Assembly: GCA_036172245.1 (NCBI GenBank)
Contig: JAYWIR010000006.1
Span: 930,001 to 994,000 of the forward strand
Length of the DNA: 64,000 bases
Source: Raillietiella orientalis
Taxonomy: Eukaryota
Direction: 5' to 3'
The notes under the pieces were generated by a model. It was not told the origin of the DNA. It saw only the letters and a list, made by a program, of their open reading frames with translations, and ran no database searches. This document shows, in pieces, positions 11,933 through 25,042 of this stretch. Position numbers and translations under genes: made by a program. Numbering within the stretch: position 1 is the first letter of the stretch; each line of letters begins with the position of its first letter.

Positions 11933-13764
11933 CTCGGGATGGTCCGCCGGCGAAGATTTTAAGCGCGCCCGCTCCGCATCCCTTCATCGTCGCCTGGGAC
12001 CCGCGAACAGATTCGTGGACCGCTCCCGCCTCGGACGGTGGTGGTTGCGGGCGAAAGGGGACGCCACGCGGCAGCACTGATGGCCCGCGATCCAGTCGGG
12101 CCATTCGCAATTCTTACTTGGCTCCTCTGTGTGATCCGCTGCCTTTTGCTCATGACGATGATGCCCTGAGGCACCGAAAGCGCCATCGCATTCCTTGCAT
12201 GCAGCGACCGCGCATCGTTTTCCGTCCTTCTGACTCGACACCCCCCCTTTGCGCCTCCCCCCCGCTTCACAACGTGCGCACCACCGCTGCCATCTCCCCG
12301 TTCCAGCATCCCACTGCTCTCTGGCGAACGCGAATGGCCGTGGCGCTCACCTCCCCTGGTCCGAGCGTCCCTTTTGAATGGCCGCGTCCTTCGCCACCAT
12401 TTATCCGCTTTCGAAAGGACACCATTTTCCTGCGGGAGAAAGGAAAGGTGCTCTTAGCTCACAGGGCTATGCACCCTTTCCGTCTCTCCAAACCGTCCTT
12501 CCCCTCCCCCTCTTTAATGCTTCCCCCCCCCCCCCTCCTGAATTCTCCCTGTGAAAGGAGCCGTAGACATTCCAGCTTCGTCTTCCCCGCTTTGTCCGGG
12601 TCCTGGCTTCCCGGGGTGACCTCAGCGCGCCGGAGCGCGCGGTCCGCTCACTCCGCTCGCTCTCACGCTCCGGTCCGCACCCGAGGTGGATGCAGGAAAC
12701 GAGATCCCTAGTGCACCCCGGCGCGTCCTTCGTTCGTCAGCCCGATCCGCACTTGGAGCGCTTCCTTCGTCGCCCCTCAGAGAGGTTCGCGCTCCCTGAT
12801 TACCTCGATTCCCTTCACGTCTGGAACATGTGGGCCAATTATCTGGCGGGGTGCTGACGGATTTTATCCTTTCCGTCTCTTGAGCGGTCGCAGACTATTC
12901 CCCCGCGCTCGGGATGGTCCGCCGGCGAGGTCTTTGGGCGTGCCCGCTCCGCATCCCTTCGTCGTCGCCGGGGACTCGCGAGCAGATTCGTGGACCGCTC
13001 CCGCCTTGGGCGGTAATGGTCGTGGGCAAGAGGGGACGCCACGCGACAGCACTGCTGGCTTGCGATTCAGCCGGGCGTCCTGTCCCTTCCTTTCCTCTTC
13101 CCCGCCAAACGCTCGGCGCGTGCTTCCGACGCAAATGACCTCACCATCCGGTCCAGCTGCTCCCGCACAGCCTTGACAGATGGCCGGTGCGGCACAGACA
13201 GCTCCTGTTCCCTTGTGTCAGGAGGGGGGAAAGGGAGAGCCTTCGAGTCGCGTATTCTTCCGTGTGCCGAGTGGCGCGATGTTTTTCTTTTCCTTTTTTT
13301 TTTTTCGTCGACAGGGTCATCGAATCGCAGGCAGCAGGACTACTGCTTGTCCAAAGTCGAGAATCTTCCGCCCACCTTTGCTGCTTCTCAGAGGCTTCGT
13401 TTTTCTCCCCTCCCCCCCTCCACAGGCCTTCTTTCTCGAAAGATCCAGGGCGCAGCTCGTGTGCATCCTGTTTCACTCCTTCCCGAACTTCTTTTCTCGC
13501 CGCAGTCCAACCTGTCTCCCCGCCCGCCTCCCCTGGACAAGCGCGGCCGCCGTTCTTCGGCTGCCTCCCTGCCCCTTCCGAGCTAGTCACTTGCCTCGAG
13601 TACCACGGGATCAGCCCCGGAGAGCAGCATCTTCCTTGCCCTGGACCGAAGTCCCAGCCACCTCCCAGAAAAGGCTGGAAGGGAAAGCAGATTCGTGGGC
13701 CTCTTCCACCTCGGGCGGCGGTGGTCGCGGGCAAGAGAGGATGCCACGCGACAGCACTGTTGGC
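11933..13764. repeat. Triplicated ~150-bp GC-rich dispersed direct repeat (11933-12084, 12908-13059, partial 13686-13764)
   Basis: Shared core CAGATTCGTGG...GCCACGCGRCAGCACTG-TGGC. The first two copies also share CTCGGGATGGTCCGCCGGCGA and CCCGCTCCGCATCCCTTC. Confidence 0.85.
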
Positions 13765-16700
13765 TCGACCGCTGTGACTTTGAACCCTTCCGTGGCGAGC
13801 TCACGCAAAAGGAGACGAAGAAGAAAGGGTGCTTTTCTCTTCTTCTCCTTTGTCTCCCCGAGCGTGGTGGTCCCTCGTCACCGACCGACCCCCACCCGTG
13901 GTCTGCTGGTGGTCCCTTTCCTCTCCACAACCAACCCACCCTTTCGATAGAGGGCGGGAAAATCCCCACCGGCCATTCTTCCGACCTGGAAAACCTTCTG
14001 GAGCGCGTCTCGCTAGTTGGAGCTGCCAGGTTTCGCCCCCGCCGCCTATTCCCCTTCCCCCTTCTTCCTTGCGTCGCCGCCGCGGATGCGGAATGGGACT
14101 TCCAGCACCCATGCGTTCCGCCCACGGACGGCACCTCCCCTCCTCTTGAAAATCAGTTCACCCTCATCTTCTGACACGCCTTGAGCTTCCCTCCATGCCG
14201 GAAGTCCATGGAACCGAGCCGTCTGTTGTCTGAGTTCGCTGATTGCCAGCGGCACGCGACCTTCGCCGTTGGTCCTCAGGGGTCCTCCCGAACACTTTCC
14301 ATCATCTCGCGACGGTTTGCCTCATCTCGAGCCCCACGGTATCACACCGTCCCGGAAACCATGGGATGCTGGTCCTCGCCTCGCCGTGCTCCCAACGGTT
14401 GTCACAGCGGTCGTCCAGGCACCCGCCGCGTTCCGGAGGCGGGGAGGGGCGGTAGAAGAGCTGGACGAGTCCCGAGGCAGCTTCCCTGCTTCTCTACCCC
14501 ACTCCCCCTGCCGAGACCGCCGCCTCGAAAAGTCGCTCCAGCAGGTGGAGCGACAGGGCGGCCCCGGACCCTCTGTCTCCTTCCCCTTCCTCCCCCTTCA
14601 TGGCTTCCTGTTGCTCGTCGAGGCCCCGCCGGCAACGCCGTGCGCGGACGGACCGCAGCAACGTTCCCGTTTCCACGGCGACGAGGCGTTCCGTCCGATG
14701 TCTAATCCAGGCACGCCCCCTGTACCAGAGGAAATCGGGGGTCCTAATAGGGACCGAGGACAGGCCAACTCCAGAACACCTCTCAGCCTCTTTCCTCACC
14801 CTTCGCGGGAGGGAACTCCCGGGACCCCTAGAACGCCCTGGGGATCGATCGTCCCCCCCCCCCACTTCGCGGCCACCCGAAGCGGGGCGGGAGACACCCA
14901 GCGGCCCTCTCGGCAAAAGCAGCGGCAGCGCCGAGAGCGAGAAGTTACCCCGGCTCCCATCTCGGATACTGTCTGGGGGCACTGGCCCCCACGCCCAGCT
15001 GCAGTGGGACCGACCTGAAGGCTTACGCGTTCCCGTCCAGACACAGCGTCCACCCCTTTTCACTTCCCACCACGGCTATTAGAGAAGCCAGCTGGTCTCA
15101 GGAGGCGGCCCCGGATCCCATGTGACCTTAGCAACGGGGTGATGGGCTCGTGCTCCTCCACTTCACTCATGTCCACCTCCGCCGCCCCTCTAATGAGTGA
15201 AGGAAGCTCATATGAGCGCGCCAGGAGCTACCGGACGGGGAGTTGACACGGGAGACGCAGCACGCGCGAGAAACCGGGAAAGGAAGACGAGGATCCCTCG
15301 AGCCCCTTTCCCTGATCCCTCCCTTCTTCAGGAAGGAGATCCCTCCGACCCCCATGAGCTCCCCTTCGTCGCGCGCAGCTGCACTTTCCCAAGGGGGAGG
15401 CTCAGGGGAGGGGGGGTGAAAGGTTGGAGGGAGCTTTCCACAGCCCCATTCAAGCCCGGGGGCGTCCTTGCGCTGCCGAGCTCGCACCAGTAAGGAACTC
15501 TTTACACCTCTTTCACTCTCCTACCCCTTTCCTACCTTCTCCTCTCCTCCTCAAAGAGACTCTTAGAGGTCACCGCTGTGGAGGAAAAAGGAGAGGTGGT
15601 GAAACGTCTCTTCCCATCTCCAGTCGGGCTTTCCTTCCTTCCCCGTCCTTGCTAACGTTCCTTCAGGAAACTTGCTTACGGAGGAAAGGTCCAGCGAAAG
15701 CACGACCTGGATCCTAGGGTCAGATTCTTTCATCCGAATCCCACATGGTTCGTTGTCTTCCTCTTTTCCCTCCTTTTTCTTCCAGCTTTTTGCATCCGGA
15801 AAGCATGCTGCCAGGTGTCGTCGCCATCACCTTCCTTTTCCTTCCTCCTCCTCTTCTTCCCCTTCCTCCTTCTCCGTCTTTTCCTGGGGATGAGGTCGTC
15901 TTGGAATTTTGCCTACAGTTTCTCTCTTATCTCCCTCGACGCTTCACCCCGGGAGTGGCCGTTCCTTGAGGAAAAGGTAGGAGACGTCTACTCGCTTCTT
16001 TTGCTGGGGGAGCTCCAGGGGTGGAAGAGAAAGGTGGAGGCAGTCAGCAATCGGCAGTCGGCGTTCTCGCTGCCGCATTCCTGATCCGTCTCACCGGATG
16101 GACTGCCTTAAAGGGACTTCCCGTCCTTTGGAGTTTGCCGGCAGCAGAGGGAACCAGAAAGGAAGGGGGGTTTTAAGGACTGAGACACGGGGTAGAGATC
16201 TCTCTGCTCCCAAAGGAGCAAGTCACTTCCAGCGTTTTCGGAGCGCGGCTAGGAGGAGATCAAGGCACGCAAGGTCGAGAGAGGAGAGAAAGGGCGGGTC
16301 AAGCAATGCCGCTCCTTCCTCCCTTCCCCCCAAGCTGTGGTGTCTGCCCCTCCCAAGGGAGGCAGGTCATCCTAGGAGGAACGTGAAAGGGTGGGGCAGA
16401 GAAGACCGCTTCCTCGAAAGCGTGCCTCCAGGGGGAAATCGGAAGGGACTCTCTGGGACGCATACAGACGCATACCCTCTCCCATTTTTCAGAAGGGTAA
16501 GGGACCGCACGCATCCTCCAGTAGGCAGGAAGTCGGCTCAAGGGGAAGGAGTGGATCGAGCTCTCCCGACTCATGCCCGCCTCCTCCTCTCTGAACCTAG
16601 AGGGGGAAAAGGGGAAGTGAAGGGTGTTTCTGGCGCCTAGAACGCGGCGGGGTCAGGAACCGTGGAAATGAGGGAAGCCCTATCCCGAGCACCACTCCCT

Positions 16701-16921
16701 CCTGTGCCCTGGATCCTTCCTTCCAGGACCCCCACTTGCCTCAGAGAGGGGGAGCGGCCTGGATTCAGACTCACGAAGCGCCGGCGGAAACGGGAGGGTC
16801 GCGGCGACCTTCCGGGACCTTGCAGAGCAAGAGGGAGCTAGGAAGAGGGAGGAACCCCCTTTCTTCCTTTTTCTCCCAGCCTTATCCTTCCCTCAGAGAA
16901 ACAAAAAAGATTCTCCCTTAC

Positions 16922-18058
16922 CTGCCGGTAACGGCCGTAGGGCTCCGCGTCTTCGGGGTCCTGCCGCTTTCCAAAGCTGCAAACGGGAGAAAGAAAAGGT
17001 TGGCACTCCTGGCTCAGGGAGGGGCATCCGACGCGCGTCGAAGGCGAAGGATCCTCTCTCCTTCCTTTCCGGGAGAGGGGTCGTCTCCCAAAGCAGCCCG
17101 CCCCCCCCCCTTCCCCCATGGCTCCTGGCGCGAGGTGGGCGGTCCGTCCGGAGACCCGCAGGAGACGGGCCGGGAGAACCTGACTGCCGTGCCACCCACC
17201 CCACTACCCCTCGCCTCATTCCCGTTAGAGAGCGCGGGGGGCGGCTGTCGGAAACGTGGAAGAGCTTCAGCCTACGATAGGATAGGAGAGGAATATGTCC
17301 TACCTGGAACAGACCCACCCCAGGGAGACGGAAGGGGGAGAGACCAGCATGAGTAGAGAGCGTACGGATGCTGCTCTCCTCTCCTTCCTTTCTCCTGACA
17401 TTCCACGCGCCTACCGCCTATCATGCTCCATGCTCCTCCTGGACCGGGGAGGAGGAGGAGGGAGAAACGAGAGAACGGTGTCCTGGCCTCTTCCGCACCC
17501 CTTCCCCTGCCAGGTGAAAACGCTTCCTGGGACCTCGAGGGGCAGCGGCTCTCTCCCGGAGCAAAAGGAAGGAGGCATGGAGCCGGTTTGCCCGCCGCTC
17601 TCCTTCCTCCCTTCTTCGTGAGGACGGCCCTTTCTCCCCCGCAGAGGACCCCGGGCAGAGACATGGATATTCTCCCTTGCCCATCCCCTTCCATCGCTCT
17701 CCCGCATTCCTCCGTGCTCCTCGGCCAAGGTCCGGTCCCTCCCTTCCTCTCTTAACGAGACCGACCCTGGAGCCCCAGGAGCGCGCGCAATTTCCCTCTT
17801 CCTCCTCTCCCCGCTCCCCCGGTGCGCAAGGAAGGAAAAGGGGGAAGTAAGGGAGGGAGGGGGAGAAGGGAGTGGCCCTGCTTACCGCGGGCGCGACATC
17901 TCGTTGTAGATCTCGTCCAGCTTGCGCAGGTACCTGACCGCCTCGGCCATGGACATGGCCGACCCCTTGCCGTCGCCGGCAACGGCCAGGCTGGCAGCCT
18001 CTAGGAGGACGAGCGTCGCCAGCAGCGCACCGACCAGCTGCAGTTTCCCGACCGCCAT
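16922..18058 (-). CDS. NPF: Neuropeptide F (NPF/NPY-family) precursor; coding exons 18058-17886 and 16976-16922, last exon unresolved
   Basis: Signal peptide MAVGKLQLVGALLATLVLLEAASLAVAG, then DGKGSAMSMAEAVRYLRKLDEIYNEMSRPR. A phase-2 intron (CG|gtaag ... ttgcag|C) splits the Arg codon. The next exon gives FGKR (amidation and dibasic cleavage site) QDPEDAEPYGRYRQ and ends at a cag|gtaagg donor. Confidence 0.92.
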
Positions 18059-21000
18059 CGTCGCAGGGATCTCCGTGGGGCGCCTTCCGGTGGTGCTAGG
18101 GGGTTGCTGTCTGCCTCTCTCCTTCTTCCCGTGGACCAGAGGAACGGCACCAACCGACGCCCTTGCCCTCGACGCTTCACGGGAACAGGGAGAATGGCGG
18201 CGGCGCCGCTCCCTCGCCTCCCTTTGTACTTCCCAGCCGCCGCGCAGGTGCACCGAGAACGCGAAGCTGCCGGAAGAAGCGTTTGGAGGAAGAAGGAGAG
18301 GGAAGAGTAGGAACGATGCGAGAAAGGGAGGAACAGCCACTTCCCTCCCGTACCTATGAAGAGGCAGGTTTCCTTCCCCGGCCCTACGACAGTTGTCGAC
18401 TGCTTCTCCTTCACCCGAAAGATCTCTGCCTGAGGAAAGTAGGAGGAGAAGAAAGTGGAAAAAGGTAGAAGGAAGAGGAGGAGGAGGATAGGAGGAGGAT
18501 GAAAAAGAGGAAGAAAGGAGGAAGAGGAAGAGGAAGGGGAAAGGAGGAGGAGGAAGTGGGAAAAGAGTCCAAAGCTCTGGCACCGATCTGGTCCAAAGAG
18601 CCGGTTAGCCTGCTCTGGTTCGGAAACCACGCCATGCGGGATCTCCAGGAGTAAGACAGGGGAAGGAACAGACTCGTAGGCAGGAGGACGCCCCAGGCTC
18701 GGCCCTCCAGGAACGAAGTCCAGCTTCGGGAAAGACTCCTCCGCCTCTCCAAAGGTTCTCAACAGTGTCGCTTAGCTACGGGTGGCGCCAGGGAGCGCGG
18801 CGGCAAGCTCGATCGATCGATCGCGTCTCCATCACTAAGGCGATCGGGAAAGCCGTCCATCCACGCACGGGAGGAGCAGTGAGAAGGGGGGAAGGGGAGG
18901 AAGGTGCGCGAAGGTCCACCAACTCTCACACTCCCTCTTCTTTTCCCTTGTTGCCGCTCGGGTGGTCATGCCCTCCTTCTATCTGGTCTCGGTCTCCTGG
19001 AAAGAGTAAGGCAAAGGCAGGAACGCCTCCGGAAAGGAGAAGTCGCCTAGGAGTCACAATGCCTTATCCTCTCCATGCTCCTCCTCCTCCTTCCGCGTCC
19101 ATCTCCCGATGCCTTCCTTCCATGCTGAGTCTGGAAAGCATCACGAGGGGCCTCGCGGCATCAAGTCAGCCTTCCTTGTTCCTTTGCCCCCTGGGGCAGA
19201 AGCAGTGACCCTAGGATAGGGGTCCACCTGCACTTCCCTTCCTCCCCCCTCCCCTCCCCACCGCGGCGCAATAGAGAGCACGGAACCATCTTTTGCTGCA
19301 CATCAGTCGGGAGTTCATCCGTTCGACCGAGTCCACATGGGAGCTCAGCTGCCGAGGAGCTCCAAACCCAGCAGGCGGGGGTGCCGAGGTCGCTCGCGAA
19401 GGCGCCACTGGCGTGCGCAGAACGTGCTGCGAGGCAGAAGGCACGAGAGGCAGAGGACGTGCGTACGAGAGAGAAGGTGCAGGGACTCGAGGGAGGCGCT
19501 GCGAAAGCAGTACGCGGCGCGATCCGAGTCAAGACGTGGCCTTCAGGACGCGCTCGGGACGCGGGGAAGCCCACCCTCGCGAGAGCGAGTGGAGCCGTAG
19601 GCGTGCAGAGGCTCGCACCGCGGGCGAGAAGGTGGACGACGGACGCTCCACATGCGACCGAGACCACGTATCCGGGATGCTACGCGTGCCAAGCAAGTGG
19701 ATTCTTCACCGAAGGGGGCGATGGAAAGGCAAAGAGGCGACGCGAGAGAAGAAACTCCGCCAGGATACAGAGATTCCCTTGAGCACGTCGTCTGAGATGC
19801 CGCCTTCCCTGGAGACATAAGCTTGCGTGCCTTTCCCCTTCTTTCCTTCAAGTTCCGGCTTCCTTCTTCCGCCTTCCACTCTTGGCGGCGACACGCTGGG
19901 AATTCCCATGGTTTTCCAGCCGGAGGGGGCTCTTCTGTCCAGATCGGTGCCACAGTTTTAGACTCTATCTCCTCCCCCTTCCTAATTCCTTCCACCTCCC
20001 TTTCTCTTCTTCTTCCTCCTCCTCCTTTCTTCCTTTTCCTCTTCCTCCTCCTTCATTACTCCTTCTCTTCACTTTGAGCTCTTAGTCTTCTGGAGCCACA
20101 AGAAGTCGTGGGAGGATATTCAAGTGAGCATCAGTTGAAGAAATAAGTGAAGCAGGCGGCTCGGGCGCGTCGACAGCAAGCAAGAGAAGGACGAAGGAAG
20201 GAGGGTGAGGAGATAGCGCGGGAGATTCGTGAGGAAGGAAGCGAAAAGAACCCCCACCTCGGAGTGAGACTGGTTACCCCCAAACGGGTGAAAAGGAACC
20301 GCAAGTCCAGCAGCCTCCGCTTCGGTACATGCCCTCTTTGAGGAGAGGACACCTCCAAACGTCGGAATTGTGCAGATCGGTCTATAGGAGTCATCATTTT
20401 CCAGTGTCTGCAGAAAGAAGCGCTGGGAACCCTGAGGCGTGATCTGCAGCCGATGTCTTGCACAGCGAGTAAACCCGTTTCCGGGAGCAGGATGCAGGGA
20501 GAGCGAAGGTGAGTTTCGTGTCTCTGGACGTTTGCTGACTCGCCTTCGCCCTGGAGACGTCCGGTGCGGAAGCGTTCGGAGGAACCCTGGAAACGAGCCA
20601 GTCTCTGCGATGGATCATCTTGCTTCTCGTTTCCCGCAGGGCATCTCTGGATCGCGCCGTTTTGAGAGGAACATTTCTCGCGCGTATGCCCTCGGAGGCT
20701 GTTCTTGTCTCCGAAGCGGAGTGTTAAGAGTTTGCCGCGCCGCTCTGGTAACTGCCATTCCCTGGAGAATCAATCCTCACTCCCCCCGTCTCCTTCCTCA
20801 TCTTCCCTCCTCCCCTCGCCACCTTCCAGAGCAGCAAACGGAGAAATGCCGCCCCGTCGGTCCCCCACGGGAGACGAAAAGTCCCATAAGCCTGTCCGCG
20901 TGTGCCCGCAAGCGGCGCATGCGCGGATGGTGGAGCGCTGGGTCGGCCTTTTCCCCTGCGAGCCGCCGCCAGCCGTCGGAACGAGCACATTGACTTTTCG

Positions 21001-22466
21001 TGGCCCGGAGGCTCGGAGGCTCGGGTGCGGTGGAGAAGGGGGCGAGTCTGCGTCCCTTCTTCCGCGGTGCGCCCGCAACTGTCCCGCGACCTCGCGCCGC
21101 CAGGACTCCGACCCGCACGCGCCTCTCGCCTTCCGGAGAACGGAAGCGCAGCGGATCTCAACGCAGTGCGTGGGATCGTGAGCGACGGCACGCGGAAGAG
21201 CGGCGGTCACTCGCGAACACGGCGCCCGGATCAATTCCAGACAGCAGCAGCAGCAGCGTTCTTCCTTTTGTCGTTAAACCCTTTGGGGTGTCCTCCTGCC
21301 TCCGCGTACTCCTTATCGTGTTAATCTTCAAAGGATCAGGGATCGAGAAGAAAAGACCTGAGATCAAAAGATATTCCTCGAGAGATTCAGGTCGGGTGAA
21401 CAGCAGGGAACACCAGTGCCGCCCAGATCATCTTCTTTTGATCACGAGCCGTTCGGGTTGCTCTGCCTCCCCCTCTCCCCTGCCACAGGAAAACTCCGGG
21501 TCGGACCCGAGCCTCCGGGAGAAGCGCATTCTCACGAGCGCGCGCGCGCCCGGCCTCCGTCTCCCGCCCGAAAGCGACGGTCCCGCTGTTTGCTTTCCAC
21601 GTGTCCCTCTCCTTCGTCTGCCCGTTGGCTCTCCCTTCCTCCTCCTCCTCTTTCCGCTTCCGCATCGAGCTCGGACACGAGGACCCTCGTCCTCGAGTGC
21701 GATTGTCTGGGCCGCTCCTCCGCGTGTCGAGGCGGGGGGAGCTTGGAGGCCTTCCGGGAACGGAGCTGCGTCCCCCGGAACAGGGAGAGGCCGCCCTTCG
21801 TCGAGGAGCGTTTCCAGAGAAACGCACACCCTTCTCACGGAGGGAGCAGCTGCCTACGGAAAAAGTGGCGCCTAGGGAGCGCCAGACTGCAGAAGATTTT
21901 TTTTTTTTTTTTTTCCGGCACAGCTTCCTCCGTCGGTCATCAGAGCAGGGGACCCAGACACGGGCATCAGGGAAGAGAAAGGCCGAGTTACGAATGTGAA
22001 AAGCTTAGAGCAGCAGCGGAGGTTCGGAACACTAGGGACGCTTCCCTCCTCCGTCTTTATACTTCCTCATCTCTTCGCCGGATGGGCACATTCAGATCTC
22101 GCCCGTGCGTCCGGTTTTAGAGGACCGGAATCCAAGAGCGAAGAGGGAAAAGTCAAAGGAGTAGCGGCAGTCCACACACACTCACAGAACGCAACAGAGC
22201 ACGAGGGAGGTCAAACCAGACGGAAGAAGATGCCCCGGGGACGGGACCGTCGCGAGCGACTCAGAGGGTCCTCACGGAAGCAGCTCTGTGGGACACGAGA
22301 GCGCCCAAACACCTAGAAAGGACACGGCCTCACGTATGCGCCGGATTTCGTCCCGTGGGTGCGCCTCCGAAAATTCCTCTGGAAACCTTCTGGGCTCTTC
22401 CGTTTTTGCTGCTTTCCTTCTATCCTCCCATTTATTTATTTATTTTTGAGAGGGAGGGGACAGGTT

Positions 22467-23875
22467 GGTTCGCAAAGCGCTGAAGAACCATTCGCCCGCC
22501 TATGAGGAGCTCAGAGAGCTCTTCGACATTGCTCACGCCACCCGAGGGTATCTGCGACTCTTCAGGTCATAGGGAGGGACCACACTATGAGTCGAGGAAG
22601 GCACTATGGGAGGAGTCCGTTCCCCTCACTCTTGGTAGAGGCCCTCCACCTTGGCTGCCTCCGATTTCCACCCGGATACGCCGGGACGCTTCTTGAAATT
22701 AGCAAGAAACTCACAAATTGTGGTCGGACACGCGTGATCCTACCACACACTCCGTTTGTCCACGGACCTGGCAGAGTCGTCCGAGGACGGGGACGGGAGA
22801 AAACCAAAAGAAAGAGCAAATAAAGATAAATAAAAAATCTTGGGAAGGGTCGAGAGGGGACCACTGTCCATCGGACTAGAAAACTAGCCTGCATCCTTTC
22901 CTGGATGCCGGCTAGGTGCGTCCGAATAGGTCCCGAGTGGGGTCATCTGGACACCATCCACAGAAAGCGAACTGCGGACTGAACGGCGTTTCTCCCGTTT
23001 CTTCCTCCGTCGGCTTCCTTCCAGGTCGCCGCAGTCCCGCGAATGCAGCAGACAGCTGCTGGGACTGGCCGACTGGCTGCAGGTCGTCCCGCACGAAGAG
23101 GAGCCGTGTGAAACGTCCCCGAGGGGGTCCCAACCGTGATCCAGAGGGCTGTTCCAAAACCCCTTCCCGTAGGGGCCGGTGCAGGGCAACGCAGTCCACG
23201 AGCAGGCCATTGCGTGACGGGGGACTCGCGTTCCCCGGACCTGAGACAGTCCGGGCTCGCGTTTCCCTGCGTCCCGGTGGCTCCGGCGCGCGTTGCAGGA
23301 AAGATCTCAGCGCAACAGCAGAAATGTCGACTCCTGCCACTTCGGTGCCGGAAGATCCAGCCACCGACGGGATCTCCCGCAAAGGCCAGCTCCTCACTTC
23401 TTCACCTAAGGCAATCTGGAAAGGAATTTCTTTTCCGGAGGGAACCCGCAAGGGGACCGCTCCTCGTTTCCTCCTCCTCCGAAGAGAACCCCGGCGAATT
23501 TCTCCGAAGGGCGCTCCCCGGAGGGAGCAGCGCTCTCGTCGACACTCTGCAGAGGTATCAGTCAACCAGCTCCATGGCACGAGATGGAGGGTCCGTCTTC
23601 CGAGGGATGGGGCGATTTGCACAACCGGAGGGGATCCCCGAAATGAAGGGAAGCAGCTCCGTGATTCGTGGAAGGGCCCTGGAGGGTCAACTTCCAATCC
23701 CGGCCTGTCAACGAGGGCGTTCGTCTTCGACGAGTACCGCCGGCACCCGACGCCAGCCACGAGGCGCCCTCCCTATCTCGGCATTGGTTCTTTCTACGGG
23801 CGGGATTCGAACCGGCGACGCTCGGTAGCACCTACGCGCGCGGAGATCACAGATGCACGTCCGCCAACGCGGGCA
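22467..23875 (-). mobile_element. SINE-like element, copy G, with a ~740-bp internal insert (~22665-23405); left arm of inverted repeat
   Basis: Minus-strand head GCCCGCGTTGG...GGTTCGAATCCCGCCC and 3' end GGTTCTTCAGCGCTTTGCGAACC. Near-identical reverse complement of 31762-33141. Confidence 0.85.
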
Positions 23876-25006
23876 AAATCTGATATGAGAGAGCAATCAG
23901 GGAGGCGTGGGATTCCCCTCTGAGCGGGGAAACCTGTTTGCCTCTAATGAGGAATTATACAATTAGAAATTCTTGCGTAGGGCATGCAAGGATTCTTTGA
24001 TGGAAAACACGACGCTCAGAGGAAAAACGCTCTTGCTAATCAGACAAACAGTAAACAAGGAAGACGAAACCTCCAAGGTACACAGGCTGAACCACAAGAG
24101 CGATAAGATGGGACATTGAGATAGGATGATCTGTTGGAGCGTACATCTGGTGAGGAAGAAGTTTACAAAGCAGTTGATCCTGTCGTCTAATTGCACCCGG
24201 TCCATGCTCGAATGAAAAGCTAATAGAGGTAATTGATGATGCTAGGGAATGGTACTCTCGTGCAATTTTTTGCTCCTGCTTTACTCTCTTCAGGATTCAG
24301 GCCTATGGATTTTTCAAAACGATTGCATCTGAGAATTTCCAGAGAAAATCCCCTCCCCCTTTCCTTTCTTCGTTTCTTCATAAGGAAAAAAAAATTTCGG
24401 CTGCCGCAATACGTGGCAGAGATTCCGAAGCACTTTCTACTCGTGGTGTCGTCATCCCCATTCCTATCACGTGATTCTCGGTGGGCTGACTTTACTGATA
24501 AAAAATGGCAATTAGGTCGCCGAATTAGTCCCTCGGGAAGCAGGTTTCGGGGTACAAAGCCCATACGCCTTTTCGGAAACTTCCCGAATCGCTGATGAGC
24601 GGTCCGTTCGAAGCCGGGCTAAGCGCCCTTGCAGAGATGTACGTGCTCCCATAGCCAACTACAATCAGCAGTTCCGGATGTGAGTATCTGCTGGGCGCGT
24701 CTGCATCCTCAACAGGCTGCTCGTGGAACACGAGTCCACCAAAGCTGAGGAGACTGCTGAAGACGGCAGGCGAGTCGGCTAGGAAAACGGCCGAGAAGGA
24801 GACTGCGGATCTGCCTCCTTCGCTGCCTGCGCTGCACTCGCGAAGGAGCGACGAAATGCGTAAATCCCTGCCTTGGAACGGCCCACTTCTGCCTCGTGAT
24901 GTACGAACTCAGACTCATGGCCGGAATGCCAGCATGGAATCGGCCACTATGGAGAAGCGTCATCCAAAGGCTCGTGCATAAGGGAAACTCTTGAAGGCAC
25001 AAGCCA

Positions 25007-25042
25007 AAGGCTTACCTTCATCTTTCGATGAAGGTAAGCCTT
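25007..25042. other. Perfect 16-bp inverted repeat with 4-nt loop
   Basis: AAGGCTTACCTTCATC-TTTC-GATGAAGGTAAGCCTT. Confidence 0.9.

Noticed and set aside
16977..17885. Optional NPF1b-type exon within the RPR intron
   Set aside because: I found no phase-compatible exon encoding a second helix ending in RPR.
11700..22300. Dense overlapping ORFs around NPF, including a coiled-coil-like stretch at ~19350-19500
   Set aside because: Low-complexity GC-rich and purine/pyrimidine tracts with no recognisable protein or consistent splice structure.
23785..23875. tRNA gene (GGTTCGAATCCC T-loop); similar motifs at ~9345, ~29875 and ~31805
   Set aside because: No complete cloverleaf; these are SINE heads.
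22912..23923. Long ORFs (230-335 aa) in the inverted arms, and the 289-aa ORF at 24-893
   Set aside because: They run through non-coding SINE sequence, are open on both strands, are Arg/Pro/Ser/Gly-rich and show no domain; GC artefacts.
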